From positions 384,001-448,000 of the forward strand of contig OY969807.1 of NCBI GenBank assembly GCA_963703285.1: DNA of 64,000 bases, given 5' to 3'. The position numbers and the translations under genes were made by a program. Shown here piece by piece: positions 1-10,297 of the stretch; positions within the stretch are counted from its first letter, which is position 1; each line of letters starts with the position of its first letter. The stretch is from an uncultured Nitrososphaerota archaeon (GTDB lineage Archaea; Thermoproteota; Nitrososphaeria; Nitrososphaerales; Gagatemarchaeaceae). The notes under the pieces are model-generated. The model ran no database searches. It was not told the DNA's origin and worked only from the letters and a program-made list of their open reading frames with translations.

Positions 1-101
1 ACGAGGTGGTTCAGCCTCAGTCTCGCGTCGTCCGTCTTCTTCTGGGTAAGCAGATCGACGATTACGTCAACTTCCTCTCTGAGCATGCTGATAGAAAGCA
101 T
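1..101 (-). CDS. Hypothetical protein, 5' part only (runs off window)
   Basis: ATG at 101 opens MLSISMLREEVDVIVDLLTQKKTDDARLRLNHL...; TTTAAA box at ~128-133. Confidence 0.4.
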   Translation of the reverse strand, partial: MLSISMLREEVDVIVDLLTQKKTDDARLRLNHL

Positions 102-323
102 TACCACAGTGGGTAGTGCAAACGAAGTTTAAATGCTTAAGGTAATCGGAACTGAGTAGTTTAACTAAATGTCAAGACTCCGCTGCGCCCATGGCCGAGG
201 TCGTGGTCTGCTGGTGCGGTCATAGACTGTCAGAGCACGTCGCAAATCCTGCTCCTGAAGCGCAGGTTCGAGACGATACCCGAGACGATACGGGTAATCC
301 TGAGCGAGTGGTATCAATCGAAG

Positions 324-1129
324 TCATGACACGACCAGCGTTATCTCATTCCACCTCTCGAATAGGACTGTTGCCTTTTTTGCGAGGGTCGTAGTACTGG
401 TATTCTTCCCTTTTGCCTGCAATTCTACTGTCGTGATGTGACCCAGCCCGAGGGGAAAACTTATGCTCCCAAACGCCTCCTCCGTAGCAAAGTAAAAGTC
501 GGAACCGTCCTTGAAGGAATACCCAACTATGAACCTGACTCCCGAACCCTTCCCTGTTAGAACAGGGACATCCTCGAATCCGTCCTTAAGCAAGACTCCC
601 GCGAATTCCTTTTCCTTGGGCAATTCGGAGTATGTTTTCAGTATCTTGTAGTCAAGCAATCTAGCGCTCTTCCGCAAAGGAAAGATGGATGAGCGCGTGG
701 TGCGAGTCCAAAAGTGGGAACCCGTGGTTCCTTTCTCAATTACCAATCGAACCTCGGGGTCGAAGGCATCATCATTACCTTGGTTGTGTAAGAACACCGT
801 TAGAAGCTGAACCTCCTTAGTTGCTTCAGCCCCTCTTGGCGTGCGAAATACGACGTCTTGCGAATTAGAAAGAACTTCTCCTAATTGGAAATCAGGTTCG
901 TTCCACCATCTGGTAAAAAAGTTAGTCCTCCCGTTGCTGAAAGTGCGGCTATGACTAACAAGATTGCGTTGCCAAGACCGACCGAATTCAGGAATGATTG
1001 GATGTCGCCGCGAAGAGCGGCCATTTCGGGCGCGGACAACTGCGAAATCTGGACCGTCAATCCCACCAGAATTCCGAGGACCGCCCCCATTGTGAAGAGT
1101 AGCAGCAGTCGCTTGTGTAGGATTCTCAA
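324..1129 (-). pseudogene. Membrane-anchored hypothetical protein split by a frameshift at the A6 run 915-920
   Basis: ORF 881-1129 (2 TM segments) and ORF 324-797 join if one base is added in the homopolymer (...GLTFF-TRWWNEPDFQLGEV...VFLHNQG). Confidence 0.5.
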
Positions 1130-1196
1130 GGCCTAACCATCTGAATCGGAACGGTTCGCAATATAAGGATAGAGTAGCCCACGCGGAGCGGAACAG

Positions 1197-1244
1197 TTTA
1201 CGGAAGGCGCGGAACGCCGAGGATTTTTACGGAACCTGCGGAAC
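1197..1244. repeat. Direct repeat TTTACGGAAnnnGCGGAAC x2 (29-bp period) inside a CGGAA cluster
   Basis: 1197-1215 tttacggaaggcgcggaac and 1226-1244 tttacggaacctgcggaac; more CGGAA at 1147 and 1189. Confidence 0.7.
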
Positions 1245-1432
1245 AGAGTCTGTTGTCGAATTCGCATCCTTATAGAGATTGATTGGAGCAATCAGGGCAC
1301 GGTGTTCTCCCAGAAGTCGTCTTCTGCACCCATCTGCTTTCTGTAGTGTGCGACGAAGTCGGCTGACAGGAAGAAAGCTCAAGAAGAGGCTAAGCTTAAC
1401 AATCTGATACGGCAAGCGGTCAGCGTTGCGTC

Positions 1433-2218
1433 TCAGATTGACCCGTGACTCGGAGCTAAGATACTGTTCAGAATTTCTCTGGCCTCCGCTGCTTCCGTAG
1501 GATTGCCACTCAGAACCGTAGTCACGATGCGTCTCCCTTCGGTCTCAATTCTGCCAGCCTGCTCCTCTGTGACAGACCCCGCAATGCTTGCGAGCGCACG
1601 GAGATCTGAGACTATCTTCTGCGCTTGACTGCCACCATAGGCATACATCATGGCTATTTTCTCGTCAATCTCTCCCGTCCGAATCTCCTGTAGGTACGTT
1701 GTCGTTCGGCGCGACGTCACCCAGTTTTCCGCCAATGCGAGCACCCCGATTCCGACAGCAAGAGAACTCAATCCAGGCTCCAAAAGGGAGTAGTCCTTTA
1801 ACGGAAGGGCGAGGAACGCAACTATCCCTCCCTCTATTGCGAGGATTGTGCCAAGAAAAGTGAATAGCCACTCCAGAGCAGTTCGACTCTCATGCATTGC
1901 CGTATACAGTTTGGGCCGAGCAGGGGCGACTGTCTTCGGGACTTGGACCGGGGTGCCAGACGCTGCTAGGCCAACTTTGTCCGGTTTGTCGGGCAGTTTC
2001 TTCTCTAACGATTCCAGCTTGAGCATGACCTGCCGGTGCCTATTCTGAGCCAATTGCTCGACAAGGCCGGCAATGACGACGACCAGAGCGGCATAGATGA
2101 CGGTAAGGTAGACTTCCAATCCGTAGGTCGGCAGGGCGATGATAGCGGCGAACGCCACAAGCGCCCCCATGACGATGATGATGACTGCTGTCGTGCTCAC
2201 CTTCGGGATGGCGCTCAT
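1433..2218 (-). CDS. Hypothetical membrane protein (~4 TM)
   Basis: 261-aa ORF with two pairs of hydrophobic helices. Confidence 0.7.
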   Translation of the reverse strand: MSAIPKVSTTAVIIIVMGALVAFAAIIALPTYGLEVYLTVIYAALVVVIAGLVEQLAQNRHRQVMLKLESLEKKLPDKPDKVGLAASGTPVQVPKTVAPARPKLYTAMHESRTALEWLFTFLGTILAIEGGIVAFLALPLKDYSLLEPGLSSLAVGIGVLALAENWVTSRRTTTYLQEIRTGEIDEKIAMMYAYGGSQAQKIVSDLRALASIAGSVTEEQAGRIETEGRRIVTTVLSGNPTEAAEAREILNSILAPSHGSI

Positions 2219-2325
2219 CTGGAGCGCCTCGATGCCTGTCGTACTGCTGTAATCTGTTCTGCTTCATAGGCAAAGTGTTCGTTCAGGAACTTGGTCTTCC
2301 CTTCATCATTCCGTATCACTGTGCT

Positions 2326-2856
2326 TTACCACCAGGACGACTCTCTACGCTTTCGACGCTTCACGGGCGCACGGGCCGGCATCTCTTTCAATTCTGTCGC
2401 AATGTCCTCTTCTTTCATCATCTTCGAAAGTGCGTTGACGAATTTTATCTTTGAAGGCGGGTGCTTTGTGTCCGAGAAGATTCCTTCTTCGACCCATCCC
2501 TTCACCTTCACGCCGTGCTTCCTCGCCAAGAATCTGAGTTGAGATGGCTTCAGAGCTTTCAGAGCATTGCGGGTCTTGTTGTTAGGCTCCTCAAGTCCGA
2601 TGCTTCTCCGGGCCTGTTTTAGGGTCTGGGTTCTCATCGAGCGATTGCAGGCAGGGTGAAGCAGGAGTGCGTTCTTGAGAGTGAGCTTCCCTCCTTTGGA
2701 ATGCGCCAAGTCGTGACCTATCTCCGCCTCATAGGGGTTGACCGGATACCCACAGAAGCGGCAGATTCCCTTGTCCCTGTCATAGACCAGTTTTCTAAGC
2801 ACTGCTTTCGGAACAGATCGCTTCTGTTCATCCTCGTCGCCCCAGAAGAAGGACAC
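2326..2856 (-). CDS. HNH endonuclease with C-terminal SAP/Rho-N-like helical domain
   Basis: RDKGICRFCG...EIGHDLAHSKGG...NALLLHPACNRS HNH motif; LKPSQLRFLARKHGV...SKIKFVNAL tail. Confidence 0.8.
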   Translation of the reverse strand: MSFFWGDEDEQKRSVPKAVLRKLVYDRDKGICRFCGYPVNPYEAEIGHDLAHSKGGKLTLKNALLLHPACNRSMRTQTLKQARRSIGLEEPNNKTRNALKALKPSQLRFLARKHGVKVKGWVEEGIFSDTKHPPSKIKFVNALSKMMKEEDIATELKEMPARAPVKRRKRRESSWW

Positions 2857-3177
2857 TCTCTGCGCCCCATCAGATGCACAACAAGGATTATGTAAGGTTG
2901 TGGGAAGGATAAGGAGGAGGGAGATGCGGCTCCAAAATCATGAGTGAAGACAAGCCAGCAAAACCTCCTACCATGGGAGTGTCATTCGAGCAGGCTCAGA
3001 GCCTTCTTTCAGAAGCCATCATGAAGCGGGATGAGTTGCCGAGGGAGCTTGCGACCTTCGGACAGATTCGCATGGAGGATGGGATTCAATGACAGTCGTT
3101 GAGATACAAAATGAACTGCGAGCTAATGAGGAGCGCATTGTCTCGGTCAGAGAATTGCATTCTCTAGTGCCTCTATC

Positions 3178-4065
3178 ATGGTAGACCTATCGAACTCGGT
3201 CTACCTCGTATACATCACAGCGGCAGCAATCTTGTCGGTGCTAGGACTAATAAACAACATTCGCAATATTCAAGTCACTACTCTCACCTCTTCGAGAAAA
3301 AAAACCCTCTACCCAATTGCCACTTGTAGTAATGAATTTCGAAGCTTCTACAGGTTTCTCAACTCACCAGACGGCCAGCTCGTTCTTACAAATCGAAGGA
3401 TGAAAATAAAGTACGGCACATACATACTGGCCGTAATCGCGGCTCCAGGTCTCGTCTTTGTCTATGCCGCTGCTTCACCACCATTGAACTATCTAACCAT
3501 ATTTTTGGCTTCCTCGATTACACTAGTAGCATTTCCCATTGTTGGCATCCTTCTCCGCTATCTAACGCAGAAGACCTTGGATGAAGAGATTACAAACCTC
3601 AGGCCATCAAACAAGCTAATCGTGCTCTTCTCAAATTTCAAATTCCTGAACCCGGCAGCTCTGATACTCTTCGCCGCATATCTGATTGGGCCTATCAGAG
3701 AGTTTGATAGTTTCATGGCGACATCCACAGCTGCTGATATAGAAGCCACTCTTGTATTGGTCTCGATAATTCTCATCACGTATGGATTCTTCTTCTTGCT
3801 TATCCGCAACATCATAAGCGGCAGTGTTTGCGACTTGGATGATAGGTTCTTCAGAGCATACTTCAGTCAGCAGGCTCCAAACCTAGAAGTCGTTGTCAGA
3901 GACGAAGGCGGGCAAGACTTGCAAACAGTTCAAGGAAGTCTCGTGGGCGTGGGCAGAGCTCTCCTTGTCCGCCGGATTGATGGGTTCATCATGCGGCTTG
4001 AATGGAGGAGCATCAGACGGGTTGGGGCCTCGCCACCCGCAAGACCGATAAACGCTATCCAATGA
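3178..4065 (+). CDS. Hypothetical polytopic membrane protein with small C-terminal beta domain
   Basis: 295 aa, ~5 TM segments, AT-rich codons. Confidence 0.7.
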   Translation: MVDLSNSVYLVYITAAAILSVLGLINNIRNIQVTTLTSSRKKTLYPIATCSNEFRSFYRFLNSPDGQLVLTNRRMKIKYGTYILAVIAAPGLVFVYAAASPPLNYLTIFLASSITLVAFPIVGILLRYLTQKTLDEEITNLRPSNKLIVLFSNFKFLNPAALILFAAYLIGPIREFDSFMATSTAADIEATLVLVSIILITYGFFFLLIRNIISGSVCDLDDRFFRAYFSQQAPNLEVVVRDEGGQDLQTVQGSLVGVGRALLVRRIDGFIMRLEWRSIRRVGASPPARPINAIQ

Positions 4066-5345
4066 AGACCTTCAAGAGGCCTTCCTCCTGCGCTGCGTGA
4101 TGGATCTGGCCTTCCTCATCCCCAATGGGGCGAGCTGAATCGAGACTGTGGACGCGGGTTGTCTCTCCTTGCAATAATGTTGCCAGGCTCCTTTTGATAA
4201 GCGCCACGGGAACATGACCGCTCTCGCGGGTTGCGACCCACCCTTGGCCGCCACGCAGGAACATTTGACTGAGAAGTTCGGTTTCATTCAAATGCCGGGT
4301 CACCAGTCAGGGGTCCGGTCGTGGTAGATTGTCCACTGATAGGCACCTGTTGATTTAACATCAATCTTGGGCTTGAACTTTGGCTTTCGGTTCTGAGCCA
4401 TTGCTCTACGCCTCTTCTGATTCTGTCTGACCGGCGAGCGAATCCAAGTAACCGGCGTTCCCGAACATGGAGTCGCCAGCGTCTTCGACGTTGACCTTCG
4501 GTTCTCGTGACCTCTTCTTCGCCATAGCCGACGAGACTGCGGACAGAGCAGAAAAACGGCACGAAGAACAACTGAATTGTTGTGGTTCTCTATGAGAATT
4601 AGTGAGAGGAGGGCTCTCGTCGCTAACTTTCGAAGACAGCTTATATAGTCCGGCCGGTCCAAAATGACCAAGGTGGCCTCGCTAACAATAGAGGCACACC
4701 TCACCATCCAATACAAAAGGAAGAAAGATCGGCGGAAATCTAAGAAGGCGGCTAACAGGCGGAAACACTTTTGGGAGGACGGAAGGCTGTATTACACAAT
4801 ATTACTGATACACGGAATTTTTACAGAGGTTCACGCACTGATATTCGGATGGTAAGTGAGATGTGCCTGAAGAAAAAGGGAAAGTTGAGGGTAGTAGTGA
4901 ACTACCCCCTCCTCCAATTTTTCTTAGAGAACTTAGCCCCAATGCACTGGGCTTATCTTATGGTCAGGGCTCAAATAGGTGCCCTTAAGGTAAGGTCAGG
5001 GGCGTTTCGAACGTTTTAGCCGAAAATACGGCTGAAACGCCCTCTTTTAATAGCTCTGTCCTGTCCTCTATCTGTATGAGTCAGATTGTAGTAAAGCCGA
5101 AGGTTCTACGGAAGGACTGCCCAGAGTGTAGAGCTTCTTCGTGTTAGCCTCCCCATAGGAGGCAATCCATTCGTCGAAAGTGTAGGCTCTCGACCCTTCG
5201 TCGTCCTGTTGCAGTTTTTGCATACCGAGGCGTCGTTACAGCAACATTTGTGGGTTTTAATTAACCAATTAGTGCAGATTTAGTAAAATGCTTAATCCGC
5301 GAAAAGGCCTCAATCGCGCCCCAGACGCGCGTTTGGCGGCATGCC

Positions 5346-6164
5346 TTACTCAAGACCACGGTCTGTGATCTTCAGCGTCACACCCGCTCGTCCCGACCCC
5401 TCGTCCGCCTCCGCCCAGATGCTCGTCCCGCGACGGCTCAGGTGGATGGCCCTCTGTACGAAGTGCCTGAGTGTCTCTCCTCCGATGTCGACCTCCCTGG
5501 ACGCTTCCCCGGTACCAGTCGAGGCCACCCGGTTGAGGAGAAGGACTGCCCTGTCGTTGGAGTAGGCGTCCCGGGCCAATCTGTTCAGGTAGGCTCCGAG
5601 AGCGGCCTGCCTCGTGGGAACGAGCCTCGCTCCGGGGAACTCGAGGGTGAAGTTCTTCGTGACCGTGTCCACGACGACCATCCTGCAGCCCTCCAGCTCT
5701 TCACCGAACCTCGGGATGGCTTCGAGCTGCTTCCGGGTGTCCTCTGCCCTGAAGCAGTACACCAACGGCAGAATCTTCTCGGGGTCGAGACCTCTGTTCA
5801 GGCACATCGACTGGATCCTCTCCGGTCTGAACTGTCCTTCCGTGTCGACGTAGGCGCTCGTGAAACCCTCTGCCGCCGCCAAGAGCGCCGACTGCAGGCC
5901 GAGCTGCGTCTTGGCCGTCGCGCTCTCCCCGTAGACCTCCACCATCTGGCCAGTCCTGAAGCCGGATTCCAGCAGCTCGTCCAGGGTGACGGAGCCCGAC
6001 GAAAGGCCGAGGCGTGAACTATCCCTGTCGAGAGCAGCCCTGAGGGTACGCGTCAATGACCGGTCACCCGAGAGGCTCGCCAACCCGCTCTTCGGCGCTC
6101 TGGTGACGTCGATGTTTGAATAAGGCTTCTGAATCCCGTCCCGCTGCCTTCTTACCTCACTCAC
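5346..6164 (-). CDS. RadA/Rad51 paralog (RecA-family ATPase)
   Basis: TLDELLESGFRTGQMVEVYGESATAKTQ, YVDTEGQFRPER, VVVDT. Confidence 0.85.
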   Translation of the reverse strand: MSEVRRQRDGIQKPYSNIDVTRAPKSGLASLSGDRSLTRTLRAALDRDSSRLGLSSGSVTLDELLESGFRTGQMVEVYGESATAKTQLGLQSALLAAAEGFTSAYVDTEGQFRPERIQSMCLNRGLDPEKILPLVYCFRAEDTRKQLEAIPRFGEELEGCRMVVVDTVTKNFTLEFPGARLVPTRQAALGAYLNRLARDAYSNDRAVLLLNRVASTGTGEASREVDIGGETLRHFVQRAIHLSRRGTSIWAEADEGSGRAGVTLKITDRGLE

Positions 6165-6249
6165 CAGATTCCCCTTGCTACTATTATCCTGCGGTTCGTC
6201 ATAATCGGCGAGGATACGTTTTTATTCGAATCAAAACGAGCACGAAAAA

Positions 6250-6501
6250 GTGAACTCCTCAACACCCCAGCCCTCCAAGAAACCGTTGAGTGTTCTTCAG
6301 AAGTCCATCAGCAAGTCCGCCTCGGTGCGGCTCAAGAACGAGATAGAATACCGGGGCAAGGTCTCCAACGTCGACCCCTACATGAACGTGATACTCACCG
6401 ACGCGGAAGAGTACGAGAACGGAAAGCTGTCCGCAAACTATGGCAAGGTCGTGATACGGGGCAACAACGTCCTGTACATCAAGCTAGAAGCTTCGCTCTG
6501 A
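6250..6501 (+). CDS. Sm-like (Lsm/SmAP) RNA-binding protein
   Basis: VRLKN..EYRGKV...DPYMNVILTDAEE...VVIRGNNVLYI Sm1/Sm2 motifs. Confidence 0.95.
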   Translation: MNSSTPQPSKKPLSVLQKSISKSASVRLKNEIEYRGKVSNVDPYMNVILTDAEEYENGKLSANYGKVVIRGNNVLYIKLEASL

Positions 6502-6513
6502 GGGAAGATACCC

Positions 6514-7722
6514 TTGCAAAGAAACCTACACGTGGAACCAATTCCAGCCTGCGTCTCGGACGCGGAGGTCGAGATAGTCGAGCGCAAGGGGATAGGGCAC
6601 CCCGACAGCATAATCGACGGGTCGTGCGAAGCCGTCTCCATAGCGCTCTCAAAGTACTACCTCGAGAACTTCGGTGTCATCTTCCACCACAACGTGGACA
6701 AAGGACTGCTGGTGGGCGGCAAGTCGGACGCTCACTTCGGAGGGGGACGGGTCATCGACCCCATCTACATCCTCGTTGCGGGGCGCGCCACCGACGTGGT
6801 GCCGTTCAAGGGGAGGGATCAGAAGATTCCGGTCGAAGAGATCTCGCGGGAGGCGATAGCCGACTACATCAGGGCGACGATGCGTTACCTCGACCCCGTG
6901 AAGCACGTCCGTCTCGAGACGATGATCAGACAGGGGTCCCCCGACCTCATCTCGGTCTTCCTGCGGAAGAAGGAGATGCCCGTGGCGAACGACACCTCGG
7001 TCGGCGTTGGTTTCGCCCCGCTCTCTCCCACGGAGAGGGCCGTCTTCGACATCGAGCAGCTCCTCAACTCCCACAAGTTCAAGAGGAAGTTTCCCGAGGT
7101 CGGCGAAGACGTCAAGGTCATGGGGCTGAGGGTGAAGGACAAGCTGACGGTCACGGTGGCGGCGGCCATGGTGAGCGGGAAGATCCCGGACGCGAGCCAC
7201 TACGAGAGCGTCATCGGAGATGTGAAGAGCCACGTCGAGGACCTCCTCGCAAAGGGGCCGCTCGATTCGAACCTCAGGCTCAACAGCGGGGACGACCCGA
7301 AGAGGGGAAGTTACTATCTCACGGTCACGGGGACGTCGGCCGAGCAGGGTGACGACGGGAACACCGGGCGGGGCAACAGGGTCAACGGCCTGATATCACC
7401 CATGCGCCAGTACTCGATGGAGGCGACCGCCGGGAAGAACCCGGTCAATCACACGGGAAAGCTCTTCAACGCCGTAGCGCTACTCGCGGCTGAGAGGATA
7501 ACCAGAGAGGTCAAGGGCGTGAGGGAGGCGTACGTGAGGATTCTCAGCAGGATCGGAAACCCGATAGACCAGCCCCTCATCGCAAGCGCTGCAGTGGTCC
7601 TCTCCGCCGGCACTTCCTTCGCCCGGGTGAAGCCCGAGGTCGAGTCGGTGCTCGACGAGTCCCTCGCAGGGATACGGAGCGTCACGGACCTGATTCTCGA
7701 GTCGAAGATCGTGCTGTTCTGA
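6514..7722 (+). CDS. mat: Archaeal methionine adenosyltransferase
   Basis: EIVERKGIGHPDS, HHNVDK, ANDTS, TGTSAEQGDDG.TGRGNR, AGKNPVNH.GK. Confidence 0.95.
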   Translation: MQRNLHVEPIPACVSDAEVEIVERKGIGHPDSIIDGSCEAVSIALSKYYLENFGVIFHHNVDKGLLVGGKSDAHFGGGRVIDPIYILVAGRATDVVPFKGRDQKIPVEEISREAIADYIRATMRYLDPVKHVRLETMIRQGSPDLISVFLRKKEMPVANDTSVGVGFAPLSPTERAVFDIEQLLNSHKFKRKFPEVGEDVKVMGLRVKDKLTVTVAAAMVSGKIPDASHYESVIGDVKSHVEDLLAKGPLDSNLRLNSGDDPKRGSYYLTVTGTSAEQGDDGNTGRGNRVNGLISPMRQYSMEATAGKNPVNHTGKLFNAVALLAAERITREVKGVREAYVRILSRIGNPIDQPLIASAAVVLSAGTSFARVKPEVESVLDESLAGIRSVTDLILESKIVLF

Positions 7723-8608
7723 TCTCTGGGAGCTCCCCCCGCCCTTCGACGTACTCGAGGGCGCTCTGCCTATCGGCCTGGAGGCCGTACGCCCTCGCGA
7801 AGAACCTCAGCACGGTGAAGACGTCCCTCCTGAGGAGCTCGGTCGCGTTCGGGTGCTCGGGCCCGACCCACTGCGGCCAGTCGATGAGCCAGGCCCTCCT
7901 GCCGTCGGTGAGTATGTTGTACTCGCTCAGGTCGCCGTTTATCATCTTCGCCGAGACGTAGGCCTCCCTCGCGGTCCCGAGGATGGATGAGAGGACGGCC
8001 ACGGAGTCCTCGAGGTCGGGCCTCTGAGAGAGCCTGACCCCCGGGAGCTCCTGCAGCAGTATCGTGTGCCTGTTCTGGTCGATGGGCATGGGGACGTTCT
8101 CTGTGAGCTTCCTCATCCTCGACAGCGCCGCGAACTCGTGTCTCGCTGCGTTGTAGTTGCTCGTCACCCAGGTGTTGGACTCGAGCTTGCTCCTCGACCT
8201 CTTCCTCTTGACGTCGCGGAAACTAGTCCTCCCGAGCCTGAAGAGCTTGAGGGCGTAGAGATCGCTCCTCGGGGAGAGCACCTCGTAGACGTCCGACTCC
8301 TTCCCCTTGGCGATCAGCTTGCCCAGCGCCAGAGCGTAATCCTCGTCGGCGTAGTGCTTTAGCGCGAGGAGGTCCAGCGCGGAGGTGTAGACGACGAAGT
8401 TCTCGCCTGCGAACCCGATCAGCTTCCTCCTGTTGAGCTCATCCAGGGCGAACCTAACCCTCTCGGCGGGCTGGCCGCTCATCCTGACGACCGCGTCGAA
8501 GTTTGTGCTCCTGCCCCCTATCATGCACTTCTCGAGCCCCCTGAGGGCGTGCCACTCCTCGTCCTTCAGTTGCTTGATTAGTCCGGCGGCGACGTCAACT
8601 GTCGACAG
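7682..8608 (-). CDS. rio2: RIO2-family serine kinase (N-terminal winged helix)
   Basis: GKESDVY, LKLFRLGRTSF, INGDLSEYNI, IDWPQ; frame stays open past ATG 8524 up to a CTG at 8608. Confidence 0.9.
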   Translation of the reverse strand: MSTVDVAAGLIKQLKDEEWHALRGLEKCMIGGRSTNFDAVVRMSGQPAERVRFALDELNRRKLIGFAGENFVVYTSALDLLALKHYADEDYALALGKLIAKGKESDVYEVLSPRSDLYALKLFRLGRTSFRDVKRKRSRSKLESNTWVTSNYNAARHEFAALSRMRKLTENVPMPIDQNRHTILLQELPGVRLSQRPDLEDSVAVLSSILGTAREAYVSAKMINGDLSEYNILTDGRRAWLIDWPQWVGPEHPNATELLRRDVFTVLRFFARAYGLQADRQSALEYVEGRGELPEIRTARSSTRESGP

Positions 8609-9209
8609 GCGAGATCAACGCTCCCGCCTTGGACTCCTTGGGTTCTTGAAGGTTTGACTTGAACCCGAGCCTTCTGAAAGCCGGCGCAGCCGCGTAGACG
8701 ATGCCGAACGCCACGGGTATCCAAACCAGGTCGATGAGTGTGCCAAAATCGAAGGCCGCGAGCCCGAGCGCGGACGAGCCGCTCGCCACCGAATACTGGA
8801 ATAGGCCGTAGGCGTAGAAGAGCCAGTCTGGGAAGAAGAACGCCAGCGTCTCGAAGGCAGTAGCAATCACCATCGAAACGGCCAGCCACTTCCTGCCCTT
8901 CCTGGCTCCCCAAATCACGATGAAGACCTCAGGTCCCCGCGCCCATACCATCCCGAACGGGTAGATGGGCGACCCCCCTGCCTTGTACGCGACATTGATT
9001 GCCTCGCCTATGAATCCGCCGATGGCCGTCGCCGAGAAGGCAGTATAGCCATCGGTGAGCACCGCCAGAGCAAGGTAGATGGCCGGCGACCAGGTTATCT
9101 CGTAGAGCGGGGGCGGGGCTGGGAAAGAGAGGAGGGTTCCGAGGGCGATGATCGACGCGAAGACACTCGTGACCGCAATCCTAACGTTGAGGGGCGGTTT
9201 CCTGTCCAT
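8595..9209 (-). CDS. ECF transporter S component, probably for a thiamine precursor
   Basis: ~6 TM S-component pattern; divergent from a ThiR-like regulator. Confidence 0.65.
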   Translation of the reverse strand: MDRKPPLNVRIAVTSVFASIIALGTLLSFPAPPPLYEITWSPAIYLALAVLTDGYTAFSATAIGGFIGEAINVAYKAGGSPIYPFGMVWARGPEVFIVIWGARKGRKWLAVSMVIATAFETLAFFFPDWLFYAYGLFQYSVASGSSALGLAAFDFGTLIDLVWIPVAFGIVYAAAPAFRRLGFKSNLQEPKESKAGALISPVDS

Positions 9210-9250
9210 CGTTTGGGCAGCGCCAGCGAGGCTTATAAACGGCTTCACAA

Positions 9251-10195
9251 GTGACTTGTGGCATGCACCCGCCCTGTGAGATGATGGTTGATTCCTTTCT
9301 GCCAGCGATGAGGGAGGCCGTAGCCGCGCGCCTCGCGGAAGAGGGGCTGTCTCAGGGTAAGATAGCGGGCCTGCTGGGCGTCACCCAGGCGTCGGTGAGC
9401 CTCTACCTCAAATCGAGGGGGAGGTCGGCGGAGCTGCTGCGCGGTTTGGGGGTCCCTGAAGAGGAGGGTCGGATGTATTCTTCTCTCCTCGCGGAGGACT
9501 TGAAGAAGAACCCGGTCTACGCTGTCAGCACTCTCTACTCTCTTTGGTCAGACATCCTAGGGAGGGGCTCCATGTGCGCTCCGCACCGCTCCCTCTACCC
9601 GGGGCTCGCGGAGTGCGACGTTTGCATCAAGGCCTTCGGTGGCAGAGAGAGTCCCTCAGGTGAGGCGGTTGAACATGTGGCACAGGCTGTCAAGATGGTT
9701 GAGAGTTCGCCGGAGTTTGTGGGGATCATGCCTGAGGTCTCGGTCAACATCGCCTACGCCCCGGAGGGAGCCTTATCGGTTCAGGACGTCGTGGCCGTCC
9801 CGGGGAGAATTGTCAAGGTCAGGGGGAGGGCCCGGTCGTTCATGCGACCCGAGTACGGCGCATCCACCCACGTCGCCAACGTGCTTCTCGCGGCGATGTC
9901 TCACGATGCATCCATCAGAGCCTCGATGAACGTCCGGTACGATGAGAAGATGCGTCGGGCCTTGACTAGGCTGAAGGTACATCCGTTGCTGCTGGAGGCG
10001 AGCGCAGCGAAGACGGACTCGGAGATGATTCGCTCTCTCAGACTTGCCCTCAGGCGCGCTGCGAAGCCGGTCGAAGCGGTCATCGATCCTGGAGGTCCAG
10101 GCCTAGAACCGGCTCTCTACCTCTTTGCGGAGGACGCGGTCGAAGTGGTCAGGCTGGGCCTCAAGGTCGCACGCGCCTGCTTCGCAGAACACTAG
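9251..10195 (+). CDS. thiR: ThiR-like regulator (XRE HTH + ThiN domain)
   Basis: LSQGKIAGLLGVTQASVSLY HTH; MPEVSVNIAY, VAVPGRIV, PEYGASTHVA ThiN motifs. Confidence 0.85.
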   Translation: MTCGMHPPCEMMVDSFLPAMREAVAARLAEEGLSQGKIAGLLGVTQASVSLYLKSRGRSAELLRGLGVPEEEGRMYSSLLAEDLKKNPVYAVSTLYSLWSDILGRGSMCAPHRSLYPGLAECDVCIKAFGGRESPSGEAVEHVAQAVKMVESSPEFVGIMPEVSVNIAYAPEGALSVQDVVAVPGRIVKVRGRARSFMRPEYGASTHVANVLLAAMSHDASIRASMNVRYDEKMRRALTRLKVHPLLLEASAAKTDSEMIRSLRLALRRAAKPVEAVIDPGGPGLEPALYLFAEDAVEVVRLGLKVARACFAEH

Positions 10196-10297
10196 GATTT
10201 CGCCTCGTGCGAACGCGTGTTCTTGTTTCTGGCTTCCTCGCGAGCCGCGCATAGCTCCTGCAAGAGGAGTGACAAGATAGAACGATTTGTTTCTCGC

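Larger units (their letters stand above)
1..5340. other. Lower-GC accessory/horizontally acquired region (right end; left end outside window)
   Basis: Visibly more AT-rich than the core that starts at ~5340; only orphan, membrane and HNH genes; no integrase or att site seen. Confidence 0.55.

Noticed and set aside
269-292. 12-bp tandem duplication CGAGACGATACC/G
   Set aside because: Two copies only with no spacers; not a CRISPR, probably slippage
4055-5300. Several short ORFs (39 aa at 4406-4525, 33 aa at 4300-4401, a CPEC peptide at ~5077)
   Set aside because: No recognisable family; could be decayed genes or chance ORFs
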